Origin: Dehalococcoidia bacterium
GTDB lineage: Bacteria; Chloroflexota; Dehalococcoidia; Lucifugimonadales; UBA3495
Direction of reading: 5' to 3'
Assembly: GCA_965221295.1 (NCBI GenBank)
Contig: OZ244879.1
Location: 1,041,603-1,105,602, forward strand
Length of the DNA stretch: 64,000 nucleotides
Shown here: positions 38,220 to 47,319 of the stretch, one piece after another
Layout: every line of letters starts with the position of its first letter
Numbering within the stretch: position 1 is the first letter of the stretch
Position numbers and translations under genes: made by a program
Notes under the pieces: generated by a model
Database searches by the model: none
What the model was told of the DNA's origin: nothing
What the model saw: only the letters and a program-made list of their open reading frames with translations

Positions 38220-38283
38220 CACCGGCGGCGGCTGAGGGGTTGTGATACCATTTTGGCGGGCAATTCGCTCCCGGAGGGAGGAC

Positions 38284-39666
38284 ATGGCTACTACGATGCA
38301 ACCCGGCGCTTACAGTGGATTGGTTGACCAGGACAACGGCATGGTCAGCCGAGAGATTTTCGTCAATCCCGACATCTACGCTGAAGAACAGGAGCGGGTC
38401 TTCACGAGGGCCTGGCTGTTCGTCGGCCACGAAAGCCAGATTGCCAAACCGGGCGACTTCTTCGTCTCCTCCATGGGCGAGGAGTCGGTGATTCTGTGCC
38501 GAGACCGTGAGGGTGAGATCCACGTATTCCTCAACTCGTGCATGCATCGTGGCATGAAGGTATGTCGCTACGACGAGGGCAACACCCCCATCTTCACCTG
38601 CCCTTACCACGGATGGAGTTTCGCCACGGACGGCGCGCTGGTTGGCGTGCCTTTCTACAAGGACGCCTACCATGAGGAATTGGACAAGTCCCAGTGGGGG
38701 TTGATCCGCGTTCCCAAGATGGTCAACTACAAGGGCGGCATCTGGGCGACCTGGGACGAGAACGCGCCCGATTTTCTGGAATACATCGGTGAATTCCGGA
38801 CCTACCTGGACATCCTGTTCGACGGGTGGGATGGATCCGAGGGCGGCACGGAGGTGATCGGCGGCGTGGAAAAATGGCTGGTGCCCAGCAACTGGAAGTT
38901 TCCCGCTGAAAACTTCATCGGCGACCGTTACCATAACATCAGCCATCGCTCGGTAGACCTGGTGGGCATCGGGCCATCGGGCCAGGGTCGCCGGGACACC
39001 CGGGAGCGGGACGGCGCGCGCGCCTTGGACATCTCCTTCCCGGAACGAGGGCACGGCACCATCGTGTTCCTGAGAGGCGCGGACGCGCAACCGATACCGT
39101 CATATCAGAACGATCCGGTCATCGCCGACTACTTCACCCAGTGTGAAATCGCCCGCAAGGAACGGCAGGGGCAACTGTGGCGCATCCTGGGCGGGCCGGG
39201 CACGATCTTTCCCAACATGTCGTATCTGCCGCGACAGCCGCGCAGCATCGCGGTATGGCATCCCAGGGGTCCTGACCAGACCGAGGTTTGGCGTTGGTTC
39301 CTGGTGGACAGCGCCGCTCCGCCGGAGGTGAAGGAGTTCTTGAGGCAGTACTACATCCGGTACTCGGGTCCCAGCGGGTTGACCGAGCAGGACGACATGG
39401 AGAACTGGAACTACGCCCACGCCGCCAGCCGCGGCGCGATGGCGCGCCGGCGTCCCTACAACTACCAGATGGGCATGGGATACGCAGTGACGGATTTTGA
39501 GGATGGCGGCCTGCGCATCCCTGGAACCGTACTGGACGTGACCAAGGCGCGCGCCGGCGAGCAGAACCAACGGGGGTTCTACAGTCGTTGGGCCGATTTC
39601 ATGGCGGCAAGGGACTGGGACGAACTGGCCGGCTGGCGGGCCAACGGCAATGGCGCCGGTTGCTAG
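38284..39666 (+). CDS. aromatic ring-hydroxylating dioxygenase alpha subunit (Rieske 2Fe-2S)
   Basis: ATG 38284 after GGAGGGAGG (track start 38242). Rieske CMHRG...CPYHGW. Mononuclear iron site DRYHNISHRS. Confidence 0.85.
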   Translation: MATTMQPGAYSGLVDQDNGMVSREIFVNPDIYAEEQERVFTRAWLFVGHESQIAKPGDFFVSSMGEESVILCRDREGEIHVFLNSCMHRGMKVCRYDEGNTPIFTCPYHGWSFATDGALVGVPFYKDAYHEELDKSQWGLIRVPKMVNYKGGIWATWDENAPDFLEYIGEFRTYLDILFDGWDGSEGGTEVIGGVEKWLVPSNWKFPAENFIGDRYHNISHRSVDLVGIGPSGQGRRDTRERDGARALDISFPERGHGTIVFLRGADAQPIPSYQNDPVIADYFTQCEIARKERQGQLWRILGGPGTIFPNMSYLPRQPRSIAVWHPRGPDQTEVWRWFLVDSAAPPEVKEFLRQYYIRYSGPSGLTEQDDMENWNYAHAASRGAMARRRPYNYQMGMGYAVTDFEDGGLRIPGTVLDVTKARAGEQNQRGFYSRWADFMAARDWDELAGWRANGNGAGC

Positions 39667-39674
39667 GTGGCGCG

Positions 39675-40220
39675 ATGGCAGTTGCGAATGACCCGCTGGC
39701 GATGCTGTTGCTGAAGCAGGACGTGGAAGCGTTTTTGTATCACGAGGCGAACCTGCTCGACGACCGGCGGTACGAGGAGTGGCTGGAACTGCTGGCCGAT
39801 GACGTGCGCTATTGGGCGCCCATGCGCCGCAACGTGAAATTCGGCGAGTTGGAGCGGGAATACACGCGAGAGGGTCAGGACATCAACTGGTTCGACGAGG
39901 GCAAGGATACCCTGACCCGGCGGGTTCAGCAGATTCTCACCGGGGTGCACTGGGCCGAGGAGCCGTTGTCTCGCATATCGCACCTGGTGACCAACGTTGA
40001 GATCGTGGAGGCTGCGCCCAGCGTCTCCGAGGCCTCCGAGGTCGCGCTACGCTGCCGTTTCATCATCTACCGGAATCGCGTTGCCACCGAGACGGACATC
40101 CTGGTGGGGCGACGGGAGGATCGGCTGCGACGGGTCGCAGACGGCTGGCGCATTGCGCAACGCCACGTGTTCTTGGACCAAAACGTGCTGCTGGCCAAGA
40201 ACCTGACCTTCTTCTTTTAA
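39675..40220 (+). CDS. aromatic ring-hydroxylating dioxygenase beta subunit (NTF2/SnoaL-like)
   Basis: ATG 39675, 9 nt after the alpha-subunit stop (track start 39588 overlaps alpha). FLYHEANLLDDRRYEEWLELLADDVRYWAPMR. Confidence 0.8.
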   Translation: MAVANDPLAMLLLKQDVEAFLYHEANLLDDRRYEEWLELLADDVRYWAPMRRNVKFGELEREYTREGQDINWFDEGKDTLTRRVQQILTGVHWAEEPLSRISHLVTNVEIVEAAPSVSEASEVALRCRFIIYRNRVATETDILVGRREDRLRRVADGWRIAQRHVFLDQNVLLAKNLTFFF

Positions 40221-40261
40221 TGACTGCCCGGCCGGCATTGGTTCCGCTCGCTGGGGTTGTT

Positions 40262-40745
40262 GGAACGGAAGCGGCGGCGGGATTGCCGCGCTTCGCTCGC
40301 AATGACAGAAAAAAAGAGGCTCGCAATGACAGGGACAAACAGGTTCGCAATGACAGAGATGATGGGGCTCGGAATGAGAGAGATCATTGGGCTCGCGCTG
40401 CGGTTCGGGTTTGCAGTCGGGCGGCCGTTGGTCGCGCTCGACGGGATTGCCGCGCTTCGCTCGCAATGACAGGGCCAAAACGGATCTCAATGAGAGAGAC
40501 GATTGGGATCGCGCTGCGGTTCGGGCTTGCAGTCGGGCGGCCGTTGGTTGCGCTCGACGGGATTGCCGCGCTTCGCTCGCAATGACAGAAAAAAAATGAA
40601 GCTCGCAATGACAGAAAACATGAAGCTCGCAATGACAGAAAAAAGAGGCTCGCAATGACAGGGACAAACAGGTTCGCAATGACAGAGTATCAGAGATCGC
40701 AATGATAGAGGATTAGAGATCGCAATGACAGAGATAATGAGGATG
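40262..40745 (+). repeat. intergenic hairpin-repeat array 5 (three type-B hairpins plus purine-rich TCGCAATGACAG submodules)
   Basis: GGGATTGCCGCGCTTCGCTCGCAATGACAG at 40279, 40443 and 40559. Eight or more (G)CTCGCAATGACAG(A/G) submodules lie about 24-26 nt apart, especially at 40590-40740. Confidence 0.95.
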
Positions 40746-40776
40746 GCAACGGCAGGAGGTCGAATAGGGGTGGATC

Positions 40777-40980
40777 ATGGCCGACATCGTTAACCTGTTT
40801 GAAGTTGAGCCCGGCCAGAAGGTGCGGCTGCACAGCGACGCCACCGCCGAGGTCGTGTCCAACCCCAGGGATGGCGTGTGGTTGTTCGTGCGGTACCTGA
40901 CCAATTCGGATGATCCCAGCGTGGTGGGCGAAGAAGACATGGTTTTCGCGCAGGACGTGGTGGAACTGCTGACTGACTGA
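40777..40980 (+). CDS. hypothetical small protein (67 aa)
   Basis: ATG preceded by AGGGGTGG. Acidic, non-repetitive sequence. No family recognised. Confidence 0.5.
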   Translation: MADIVNLFEVEPGQKVRLHSDATAEVVSNPRDGVWLFVRYLTNSDDPSVVGEEDMVFAQDVVELLTD

Positions 40981-40985
40981 ACGCA

Positions 40986-41225
40986 ATGGTTTTGTCTGCT
41001 CATGAGACCGGGGAATATTCGGCGCCGGACCCCGACGAGCTGCTGGCGGCGCTGAGGGCAGGATACCGGGCCATTGACGATGGCTACGGATTCTACGCGG
41101 GATTCAACGGCTGGCTGGAATCGCTGGGCTACACGCGCCGGGACGACGTGGCCTGCACCTGCCCGGACCATGGCCATCGTGGGCATTTGCCCGAATGCCG
41201 TTGGGTCCGGGATACTGGGAATTAG
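40986..41225 (+). CDS. hypothetical small protein with Cys/His cluster (79 aa)
   Basis: Starts 5 nt after the previous stop. CTCPDHGHRGHLPEC near the C-terminus. No family recognised. Confidence 0.45.
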   Translation: MVLSAHETGEYSAPDPDELLAALRAGYRAIDDGYGFYAGFNGWLESLGYTRRDDVACTCPDHGHRGHLPECRWVRDTGN

Positions 41226-41243
41226 GCAATCGGGAGGCGCCCT

Positions 41244-41843
41244 ATGTCGTTTCCCATAGGCTGGTTGCAGCCGGACGCGGTTCTCCTGACCAAGATCATC
41301 GCCACCTTGGTGGCGGTCGTCATCTATGCGGTGGTTCGGGTGGTGAGAAACCGGGCGATTGACCGAATCGCGGGCGCCCGCAACCTTCATCCGCCACGGG
41401 TGGCGGAAATGCGGAGGGTGGTTGGCATAATCAGCGTGATTGTGCTGGTTGGCGTGTTGGCTCTGACCTGGAGCGTCCAATTCAGCAGCCTGGTCATCGC
41501 GTCTGGAGCGATTGTGGCCGCGATAGGCGTGGCGTTCTTCGCGCAATGGTCCATCTTGAGCAACGTGACCACCAGCATCATCATGTTTTGGCGGTTTCCC
41601 ATCCACGTCGGCGACCGTGTGGGACTGGTGAGCGACCGCAATTTCTCCGGCGTGGTGCGTGAACTGACTCCGTTTTTCATAGTGTTGACCGACGAAAACG
41701 GCAATACGGTCACGATTCCCAACGCATTGTCGTTACAGCAAATGTTCATCGTCTATGACCACGCGACGCCCGAGCGGATCAAAGAGCTAGAACAGCAGGA
41801 ACAAGATGAGGAGCGACCTGGCGATGTCTCAGCGAATGGTTGA
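41244..41843 (+). CDS. small mechanosensitive ion channel (MscS) family protein
   Basis: 199 aa. GGGAGG before the ATG. Three TM segments, then FAQWSILSNVTTSIIMFWRFPIHVGDRVGLV and a beta-domain. Confidence 0.8.
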   Translation: MSFPIGWLQPDAVLLTKIIATLVAVVIYAVVRVVRNRAIDRIAGARNLHPPRVAEMRRVVGIISVIVLVGVLALTWSVQFSSLVIASGAIVAAIGVAFFAQWSILSNVTTSIIMFWRFPIHVGDRVGLVSDRNFSGVVRELTPFFIVLTDENGNTVTIPNALSLQQMFIVYDHATPERIKELEQQEQDEERPGDVSANG

Positions 41844-42633
41844 TTTGATGGAAACCGTGTGGCGGTCGATTGACGCTCTATGCGCCAACTTTACCGAGGA
41901 GCAGTGGGCGACCCCCACGGAATGCCCCGGCTGGGCGGTGCAGGATCAGGTATCTCACCTGGTGGGCAGCGAATGCCGCCTGCTGGGCCGGCCCGCGCCT
42001 GAGCATGAGCCGTCGGACACTGCGCACGTGCGCAACGAAGTGGGCCAGAACAACGAGGTATTGGTGGACTACCGCCGCCGATTCAGCGGAGCGCAGGTTC
42101 TTGCGGAGTTTCGGGAGGTCACCGGGGAGCGCCTGGCCAGGCTGCGCGCCATGACGGAGCAGGACTTCGCCGCGGAAACCGACAACCCGTTGGGTCGAGG
42201 GCCGTACACCGACCTGCTGGCGATTCGCATCTACGACGCGTGGGTGCACGAGCAGGACATGCGCCGGGCGTTGAGAATCCCGGGTCACCTGAGCGGGCCG
42301 GTGGCCCAACATGCCTACGGCCGCACAGAAATGGCGATGCCTTTTGTGGTAGGTCGCAAAGTGCGACCGGACGACGGAACGTCGGTGGTGTTTGATGTGG
42401 CCGGCGACGTGGGCGGAACGATTGCTCTCACCATGGATGGCGGGCGCGCCCACCGTATTGAACCTGCGCCAGAGGCTCCGACGGTGCGGCTCACCATGGA
42501 TTTGGAGTCATTCAACGCTCTGGGCACGGGTCGGTGGACCGCGGAACAGGCATTGGCTCGCGCATCGGTGGCGATTGCCGGCGACCAGGCCTTGGGAGAG
42601 CGGATATTGGGCGAGATGAACTTCATGATCTGA
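41824..42633 (+). CDS. DinB/MDMPI-like (maleylpyruvate isomerase N-terminal domain, TIGR03083-like) protein
   Basis: DALCANFTEEQWATPTECPGWAVQDQVSHLVG. Start uncertain (41806, 41824, 41836 or 41848). Confidence 0.7.
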   Translation: MSQRMVDLMETVWRSIDALCANFTEEQWATPTECPGWAVQDQVSHLVGSECRLLGRPAPEHEPSDTAHVRNEVGQNNEVLVDYRRRFSGAQVLAEFREVTGERLARLRAMTEQDFAAETDNPLGRGPYTDLLAIRIYDAWVHEQDMRRALRIPGHLSGPVAQHAYGRTEMAMPFVVGRKVRPDDGTSVVFDVAGDVGGTIALTMDGGRAHRIEPAPEAPTVRLTMDLESFNALGTGRWTAEQALARASVAIAGDQALGERILGEMNFMI

Positions 42634-42729
42634 GGTGTAGGGCTGGCCCAGTGGCAACGGGCGCCGGCATCGCCGTTTCCGCGGGGGCTGGGATGGAAGG
42701 CAGTGGCGCGGCGAGCGGGCAGCCGGGGC

Positions 42730-43250
42730 GTGGGGCCGTTGGTTGTGGTCGGCGGGATTGCCGCGCTGCGCTCGCAATGACAGTCAAAGGGTGGTGACGC
42801 CTCTCCCAATTGTCATTGCGAGGAGCGACAGCGACGCGGGAATCCCGATGCCTAGGCGAGTGTGCGTGAGGCCATTGGTTGTGGTCGACGGGATTGCCAC
42901 GGCCTTCGGCCTCGCAATGACAGGGGCAGGGAGGCGCTGGCAATGACGGCAACTGTCATTGCGAGGAGCGACAGCGACGCGGGAATCCCGATGTCTGGGC
43001 GAATGGGCGTTAGTTGCGGTCGTCGAGATTGCCACGGCCTTCGGCCTCGCAATGACAGGGGCAGGGAGGCGCTGGCAATGACGGCAACTGTCATTGCGAG
43101 GAGCGACAGCGACGCGGGAATCCCGATGTCTGGGCGAATGGGCGTTAGTTGCGGTCGTCGAGATTGCCGCGGCCTTCGGCCTCGCAATGACAGGGGCAGG
43201 GAGGCGCTGGCAATGACGGGAAAGGGGCGGGGGCGCGATGACAGGCGCGG
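42730..43250. repeat. intergenic hairpin-repeat array 6 (135-bp composite unit: inverted type C plus forward type A)
   Basis: Type B at 42754. Inverted type C (CTGTCATTGCGAGGAGCGACAGCGACGCGGGAATCCC) at 42811, 42953 and 43088. Type A at 42890, 43025 and 43160 (135-bp period). Confidence 0.95.
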
Positions 43251-43268
43251 GGCGTGACGCGCTAATCG

Positions 43269-43357
43269 GTCACCACTGGACGTACATGGGCATGACTCCG
43301 AGAACTGAAGAATCATGCCCCGTACGACAGTCACCACTGGACGTACATGGGCATGAC
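43269..43357. repeat. perfect 28-nt direct repeat duplicating the 3' end of dnaN
   Basis: GTCACCACTGGACGTACATGGGCATGAC at 43269-43296 and 43330-43357. The second copy holds the dnaN stop and last 8 codons. An 8-bp inverted repeat GGGCATGA/TCATGCCC (43288-43295 / 43313-43320) lies between them. Confidence 0.9.
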
Positions 43358-44497
43358 CACGTGGACGTAACGGTCGGAGTCGGCGGGTCGAAAAACGCCG
43401 GGGCTGGATGAATTGGTCACTTCCAGGGCCACCTTGCCGCGACCGAGCACGTTCACGACGTCGATGAGGTACCGTGCGTTGAAGGCGATTTTGGCGTCCT
43501 CGCCCTCCAACTGGTCGATGTCCAGTTCGTCCGAATTGTCGCCGACCTCCTCAGAGCGGGCGGATACCTTCAGTTGGCCGCCTTCGCCAGACTCTTGGGG
43601 CGTCATTTCCAGACGAACGATGTTGCTGCCATCGCGGGCGAACACCGCGGCCGACTGGGTGGCGCGCTTGAGATCGTCCAGTTCCATAACGGCGCGAGTC
43701 TCGTACCGCTCTGGGATCAGCTGGTCGTAGTTGGGGAAGGTTCCCTGGAGCAGTTGGGATACCACTTCCACGTGCTCCAGTTTGAACATGACCTGCCCCT
43801 TTTCGGGGGACAAGGTGACCTGAACCGGAGCGCTCTGCTCGGAAGCCAGGCGCTGTATCTCCTGCATGGTGCGTGCCGGCACGATCACCTTGAGCGCGTC
43901 GGCGACGGGTTCGGAGAGCTGGCCGGTGTAAACGGCCAGGCGGAAACCGTCGGCGGCGGCCATAACCACGTTGGATTCTTCCAGCTTGAGTTCGACGCCG
44001 GTGAGCACCGGGCGGGATTCGTCGGACGCTGCGGAAAAGGCGACCAAGCCGATGCCCTGGCGCAGCATTGAAGGGTCGATATTAGTGGCAACGCCCGATT
44101 CGACCTCGGGGATTGGCGGGAAATCGTCTGCGGAGGCGCCGTTGATGTGGGTGCGGGAGCGACCGCACGAGATGTGCAAGACGCTGGCGCCGCCGCTGCT
44201 GCTGGACTCTTCGGCGTCTGGGCCACGGAGATCGAGATCGATGCGGTCGGCGGGTAGGGAGTTCACCAAATCGGCCACGAGCCGGTGGGGCACGGTGATG
44301 GCCCCCTCTTCCTCGATCATGGCGCCGATCCAGGTGGTGATGGCGATCTCCAGGTTGGTTGCCGACAGCCGCAGCATTCCCTGGTGGCTGCTCAGCAATA
44401 CATTCTGGGTTATCGGCAGGGTGGAGCGTGTGGCCACCGCGCGACCCACGACACCCAGGCCGCGAGCCAGATTTTCCTGAAGGCAAGACAGTTTCAT
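43331..44497 (-). CDS. dnaN: DNA polymerase III beta subunit (sliding clamp)
   Basis: ATG 44497 gives MKLSCLQENLARGLGVVGRAVATRSTLPITQNVLL, a typical clamp N-terminus (track start 44548). 388 aa with three-domain length. Confidence 0.9.
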   Translation of the reverse strand: MKLSCLQENLARGLGVVGRAVATRSTLPITQNVLLSSHQGMLRLSATNLEIAITTWIGAMIEEEGAITVPHRLVADLVNSLPADRIDLDLRGPDAEESSSSGGASVLHISCGRSRTHINGASADDFPPIPEVESGVATNIDPSMLRQGIGLVAFSAASDESRPVLTGVELKLEESNVVMAAADGFRLAVYTGQLSEPVADALKVIVPARTMQEIQRLASEQSAPVQVTLSPEKGQVMFKLEHVEVVSQLLQGTFPNYDQLIPERYETRAVMELDDLKRATQSAAVFARDGSNIVRLEMTPQESGEGGQLKVSARSEEVGDNSDELDIDQLEGEDAKIAFNARYLIDVVNVLGRGKVALEVTNSSSPGVFRPADSDRYVHVVMPMYVQW

Positions 44498-44859
44498 TTT
44501 TGACGATCCCGGCGCAATTTGACCCAATTTGCGTGTTCTGCGCGCCAAGTTAGTCGGCCCGAATAGCGGGCCATCGCCGGCGGTGCGGAGCGGTGCGACG
44601 CTTCGACGAACGCCGGAACCGATACTACGGCCTATGAACCGCCGCCCCCTGCCGATGGTGACAAAGTATGAACGCGAGAACCTGTGTAAGTGGCAGGGAT
44701 TATAGCACGGGCCGGGATTGCCGGCGCGGGCCCGCGGCGACGCGCCCCCGGGATGGCCCGTGGCGTGGGAGCGCGCCGCCGGGGAACGTTAAGCGCGGAT
44801 CAGGGAATGCCGCGCGGTGGCTGGCGAGATGGCGCGTGCGCGGAAAGCGCCTGTGAATC

Positions 44860-45335
44860 GCGGCCCGTCGTTCGGCCAGGCGTCGGGATTGCCACGGCCT
44901 GCGACCTCGCAATGACAGTTGGAAGGGGGGTTCGCGATGGCGGTGGGGGAAGGGGGCCTAGCTGCTGCTCTGGATCGTCGTTCGCCCAGGCGTCGAGATT
45001 GCCGCGGCCTGCGGCCTCGCAATGACAGTTGGCGGGGGTTTCGCGATGACAGTGGGGGAGGGGGCCTCGCCGTGGCAGAGGGAAGTGGTTTCGCGATGGC
45101 GAAGGGAGAGGGCACAGCTGCTGCTCTGGATCGTCGTTCGCCCAGGCGTCGAGATTGCCGCGGCCTGCGGCCTCGCAATGACAGTTGGAGGGGGTTTCGC
45201 CGTGGCAGAGGGAGGGGGCACAGCAACGGGTCCGGCCCGTCGTTCGCCCAGGCGTCGGGATTGCCACGGCCTGCGGCCTCGCAATGACAGTGGGGGGGGC
45301 TTCGAAATGGCGGTGGGGGAGGGGGCACGATGGTG
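44860..45335 (+). repeat. intergenic hairpin-repeat array 7 (four type-A hairpins with TGC loops)
   Basis: G(G/A)GATTGCC(A/G)CGGCCTGCG(G/A)CCTCGCAATGACAG at 44885, 44995, 45151 and 45257 (spacing 110, 156, 106 bp). Each is preceded by CGTCGTTCG(G/C)CCAGGCGTC and followed by G-rich GGTTTCGCGATGGCGG-type submodules. Confidence 0.95.
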
Positions 45336-45531
45336 TTGGTGGTCGGCGCCTGGGTGTGTGAGAAGCAGAACGCCGCTGGGAATTGCAGATGGCGGTCCTG
45401 TCGGATGCGCCGGTGTACGACTTGGTGGCGACCCTCTGCGCTACGAGCGGACGGGAATTCACCGGGCAATATGTAGGAGAATCTGGCGTTGCTGGGGCGG
45501 TTTCAAATTTATGGGTGATTATGGCGTTACT

Positions 45532-45725
45532 GGCGCGGTTTCAACCGTTCAACCACTCGCGCTAACCGGATGCGTGATGACCGCAGGGACAGATGGGGCG
45601 GTTTCAACCGTTCAACGTCTCACGCTAACTGGATGCGTGATGACCGCGGGGACAGATGGGGCGGTTTCAACCGTTCAACCACCCACGCTAACCGGATGCG
45701 TGATGACCGCAGGGACAGATGGGGT
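45532..45725 (+). repeat. 63-bp tandem repeat x3 (plus a partial copy near 45494) upstream of alaX
   Basis: Unit GCGGTTTCAACCGTTCAACNNCNCACGCTAACYGGATGCGTGATGACCGCRGGGACAGATGGG. Copies are in register at 45536, 45599 and 45662. Unrelated to the hairpin family. Confidence 0.9.
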
Positions 45726-45752
45726 AACAGATGGTGTAGCGGAGGCGACGGT

Positions 45753-45761
45753 TGGTATAAT
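45753..45761 (+). promoter_or_regulatory. putative extended -10 promoter element (TGGTATAAT) for alaX
   Basis: TGnTATAAT at 45753-45761, about 47 nt upstream of the ATG at 45809. No good -35. Confidence 0.45.
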
Positions 45762-45808
45762 GCCGGAGCCGGTTACCCAGATGAACCAGGCGATTCGGAG
45801 AGACGTAC

Positions 45809-46537
45809 ATGACGGAATTGCTGTTTTTGAACGATGCGTACCTGTCGACGTTCGACGCGGTGGTAGCTGGCGTCGCGGACGATGGCGGAGTGGAGTTGGA
45901 CCGAACGGCATTTTACATCGGCGGCGGCGGCCAACCGTGCGACATCGGAGCGCTGCGGGATGAGGCCAGCGGCGCCGAGTACGCGGTAACCAAAGTGGGC
46001 CGGGCCGGGCAATCGATTCTGCATACCATCGAGGGCGACGCGAAACCGAAGCCTGGAACGGCGTTGCGTGGAGAAATCGACTGGCAGCGGCGCTACCTGC
46101 TGATGCGTACTCATACGGCGTTGCACATCCTGTGCGGTGTGGTGTGGCGCGACTATGGCGCCCTGGTTACCGGCGGGGACATGCGACCGGGCGCGGCGCG
46201 GATGGACTTCGAGCTGGAGAACATGTCCACGGAGTTCGCTGAAGAGGTGGAAGCTCGCATCAACGAGGAGGTGGCGCAGGGTCGGGAGATCGGAGTCGGG
46301 TTCATGAACCGTCAGGAAGCCGACGCTCACCCTGACTTGATACGCACCAAGATCAACCTGCTGCCGGCGTCCATCGCGGAGGTGCGCACCATCGACATAT
46401 CTGGGCTTGACCTGCAGGCGGATGGCGGCACGCACGTGCGCAACACCAGCGAGGTGGGCCGCATCAACGTGGTGGGCCATGAGAGCAAGGGCCGGATCAA
46501 CAAGCGCTTGCGCATCGCCCTGGCCGATGCGGCCTGA
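45809..46537 (+). CDS. alaX: alanyl-tRNA editing protein (AlaX-type, AlaRS second additional domain)
   Basis: 242 aa. MRTHTALHILCGVV (HxxxH) and GGTHVRNTSEVG. Confidence 0.8.
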   Translation: MTELLFLNDAYLSTFDAVVAGVADDGGVELDRTAFYIGGGGQPCDIGALRDEASGAEYAVTKVGRAGQSILHTIEGDAKPKPGTALRGEIDWQRRYLLMRTHTALHILCGVVWRDYGALVTGGDMRPGAARMDFELENMSTEFAEEVEARINEEVAQGREIGVGFMNRQEADAHPDLIRTKINLLPASIAEVRTIDISGLDLQADGGTHVRNTSEVGRINVVGHESKGRINKRLRIALADAA

Positions 46538-46550
46538 CCGGAAAACGGGC

Positions 46551-47060
46551 ATGGAATCGTCGTGCATCAGCGGCTCGCCGGCCGCCCAGCATCGGTTGGC
46601 CCACGCCTACCGGGCGGCGCGTCAATTTGACGAGGCAATCCGGTGGTTTGAAATTGCCGTAACGGGAATCAAGGAAATGTACGGCGTCAGCCATCCGGAG
46701 ACTTTGCGATTCGCCAGCAGCCTGGCCAACTGTCACTACGCGGCCGGCCACACCGATTGCGCCATCCGAATGTTCCGGGAATTGATGGAGGCGCGGTGGT
46801 TGGCTCTGGGCGAGGATCACCCGGACACGTTGCGCAGCCGGGGCAGCTTGGCCAACGCCCTGCTCTCAGCGGGCCGCGTCCGCGAAGCGGAGGAGTTGCA
46901 CCGGAGGAACGCCGCGGACCGCGAGGAGACGCTGGGCCCGGATCATCCTGCCACGGCGGCGAGCCGCAGGAACCTGGGCCGAGCGGTGGCGGCGGCCGGT
47001 ACGAGACACTCCGACGGGCGGCCGGAATTTTCAGGGCCGGAATTTTCAGGGCCGGAATGA
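46551..47060 (+). CDS. tetratricopeptide repeat protein
   Basis: ATG 46551 (MESSCISG...), 14 nt after the alaX stop (track start 46407 overlaps alaX). TPR_10/12-like repeats with HPDTL/HPETL turns. C-terminal PEFSG x2.5 from a 15-nt tandem repeat. Confidence 0.7.
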   Translation: MESSCISGSPAAQHRLAHAYRAARQFDEAIRWFEIAVTGIKEMYGVSHPETLRFASSLANCHYAAGHTDCAIRMFRELMEARWLALGEDHPDTLRSRGSLANALLSAGRVREAEELHRRNAADREETLGPDHPATAASRRNLGRAVAAAGTRHSDGRPEFSGPEFSGPE

Positions 47061-47319
47061 CCGTTGGGAATCCGCGCCGGAGACCATGGCCCGGTTGCGG
47101 TTTAGTTTTTTGTATGAATCGTCGTCACTTCGGGAGTTTGGAGTTCCGCGCTGGCCAAGGCGGTAGAGGGCGACTAGGAATGCGGAAAGAAGGACGAGGC
47201 GCCCGGGCCATGGGTTGCCTGCGAAACGGGCGTCCCGAACGAAGGGTTTCCCGGATGAGTGACCAGCAGGAGGCTCGGAGCCCGGGAATGGCTGCTCGGC
47301 GAAAGGATTTTCCGGAAAC

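Noticed and set aside
43269-43357. Integrated mobile element at the dnaN 3' end (att duplication)
   Set aside because: Only 33 nt separate the two 28-nt copies and no integrase or cargo is present. I report it as a repeat and a finding, but do not call it a mobile element.
44498-45808. oriC next to dnaN
   Set aside because: I found no TTATCCACA-type DnaA boxes or AT-rich unwinding element by eye. The region is mostly hairpin-repeat array 7 plus the 63-bp repeats, and dnaA is not present in the window.
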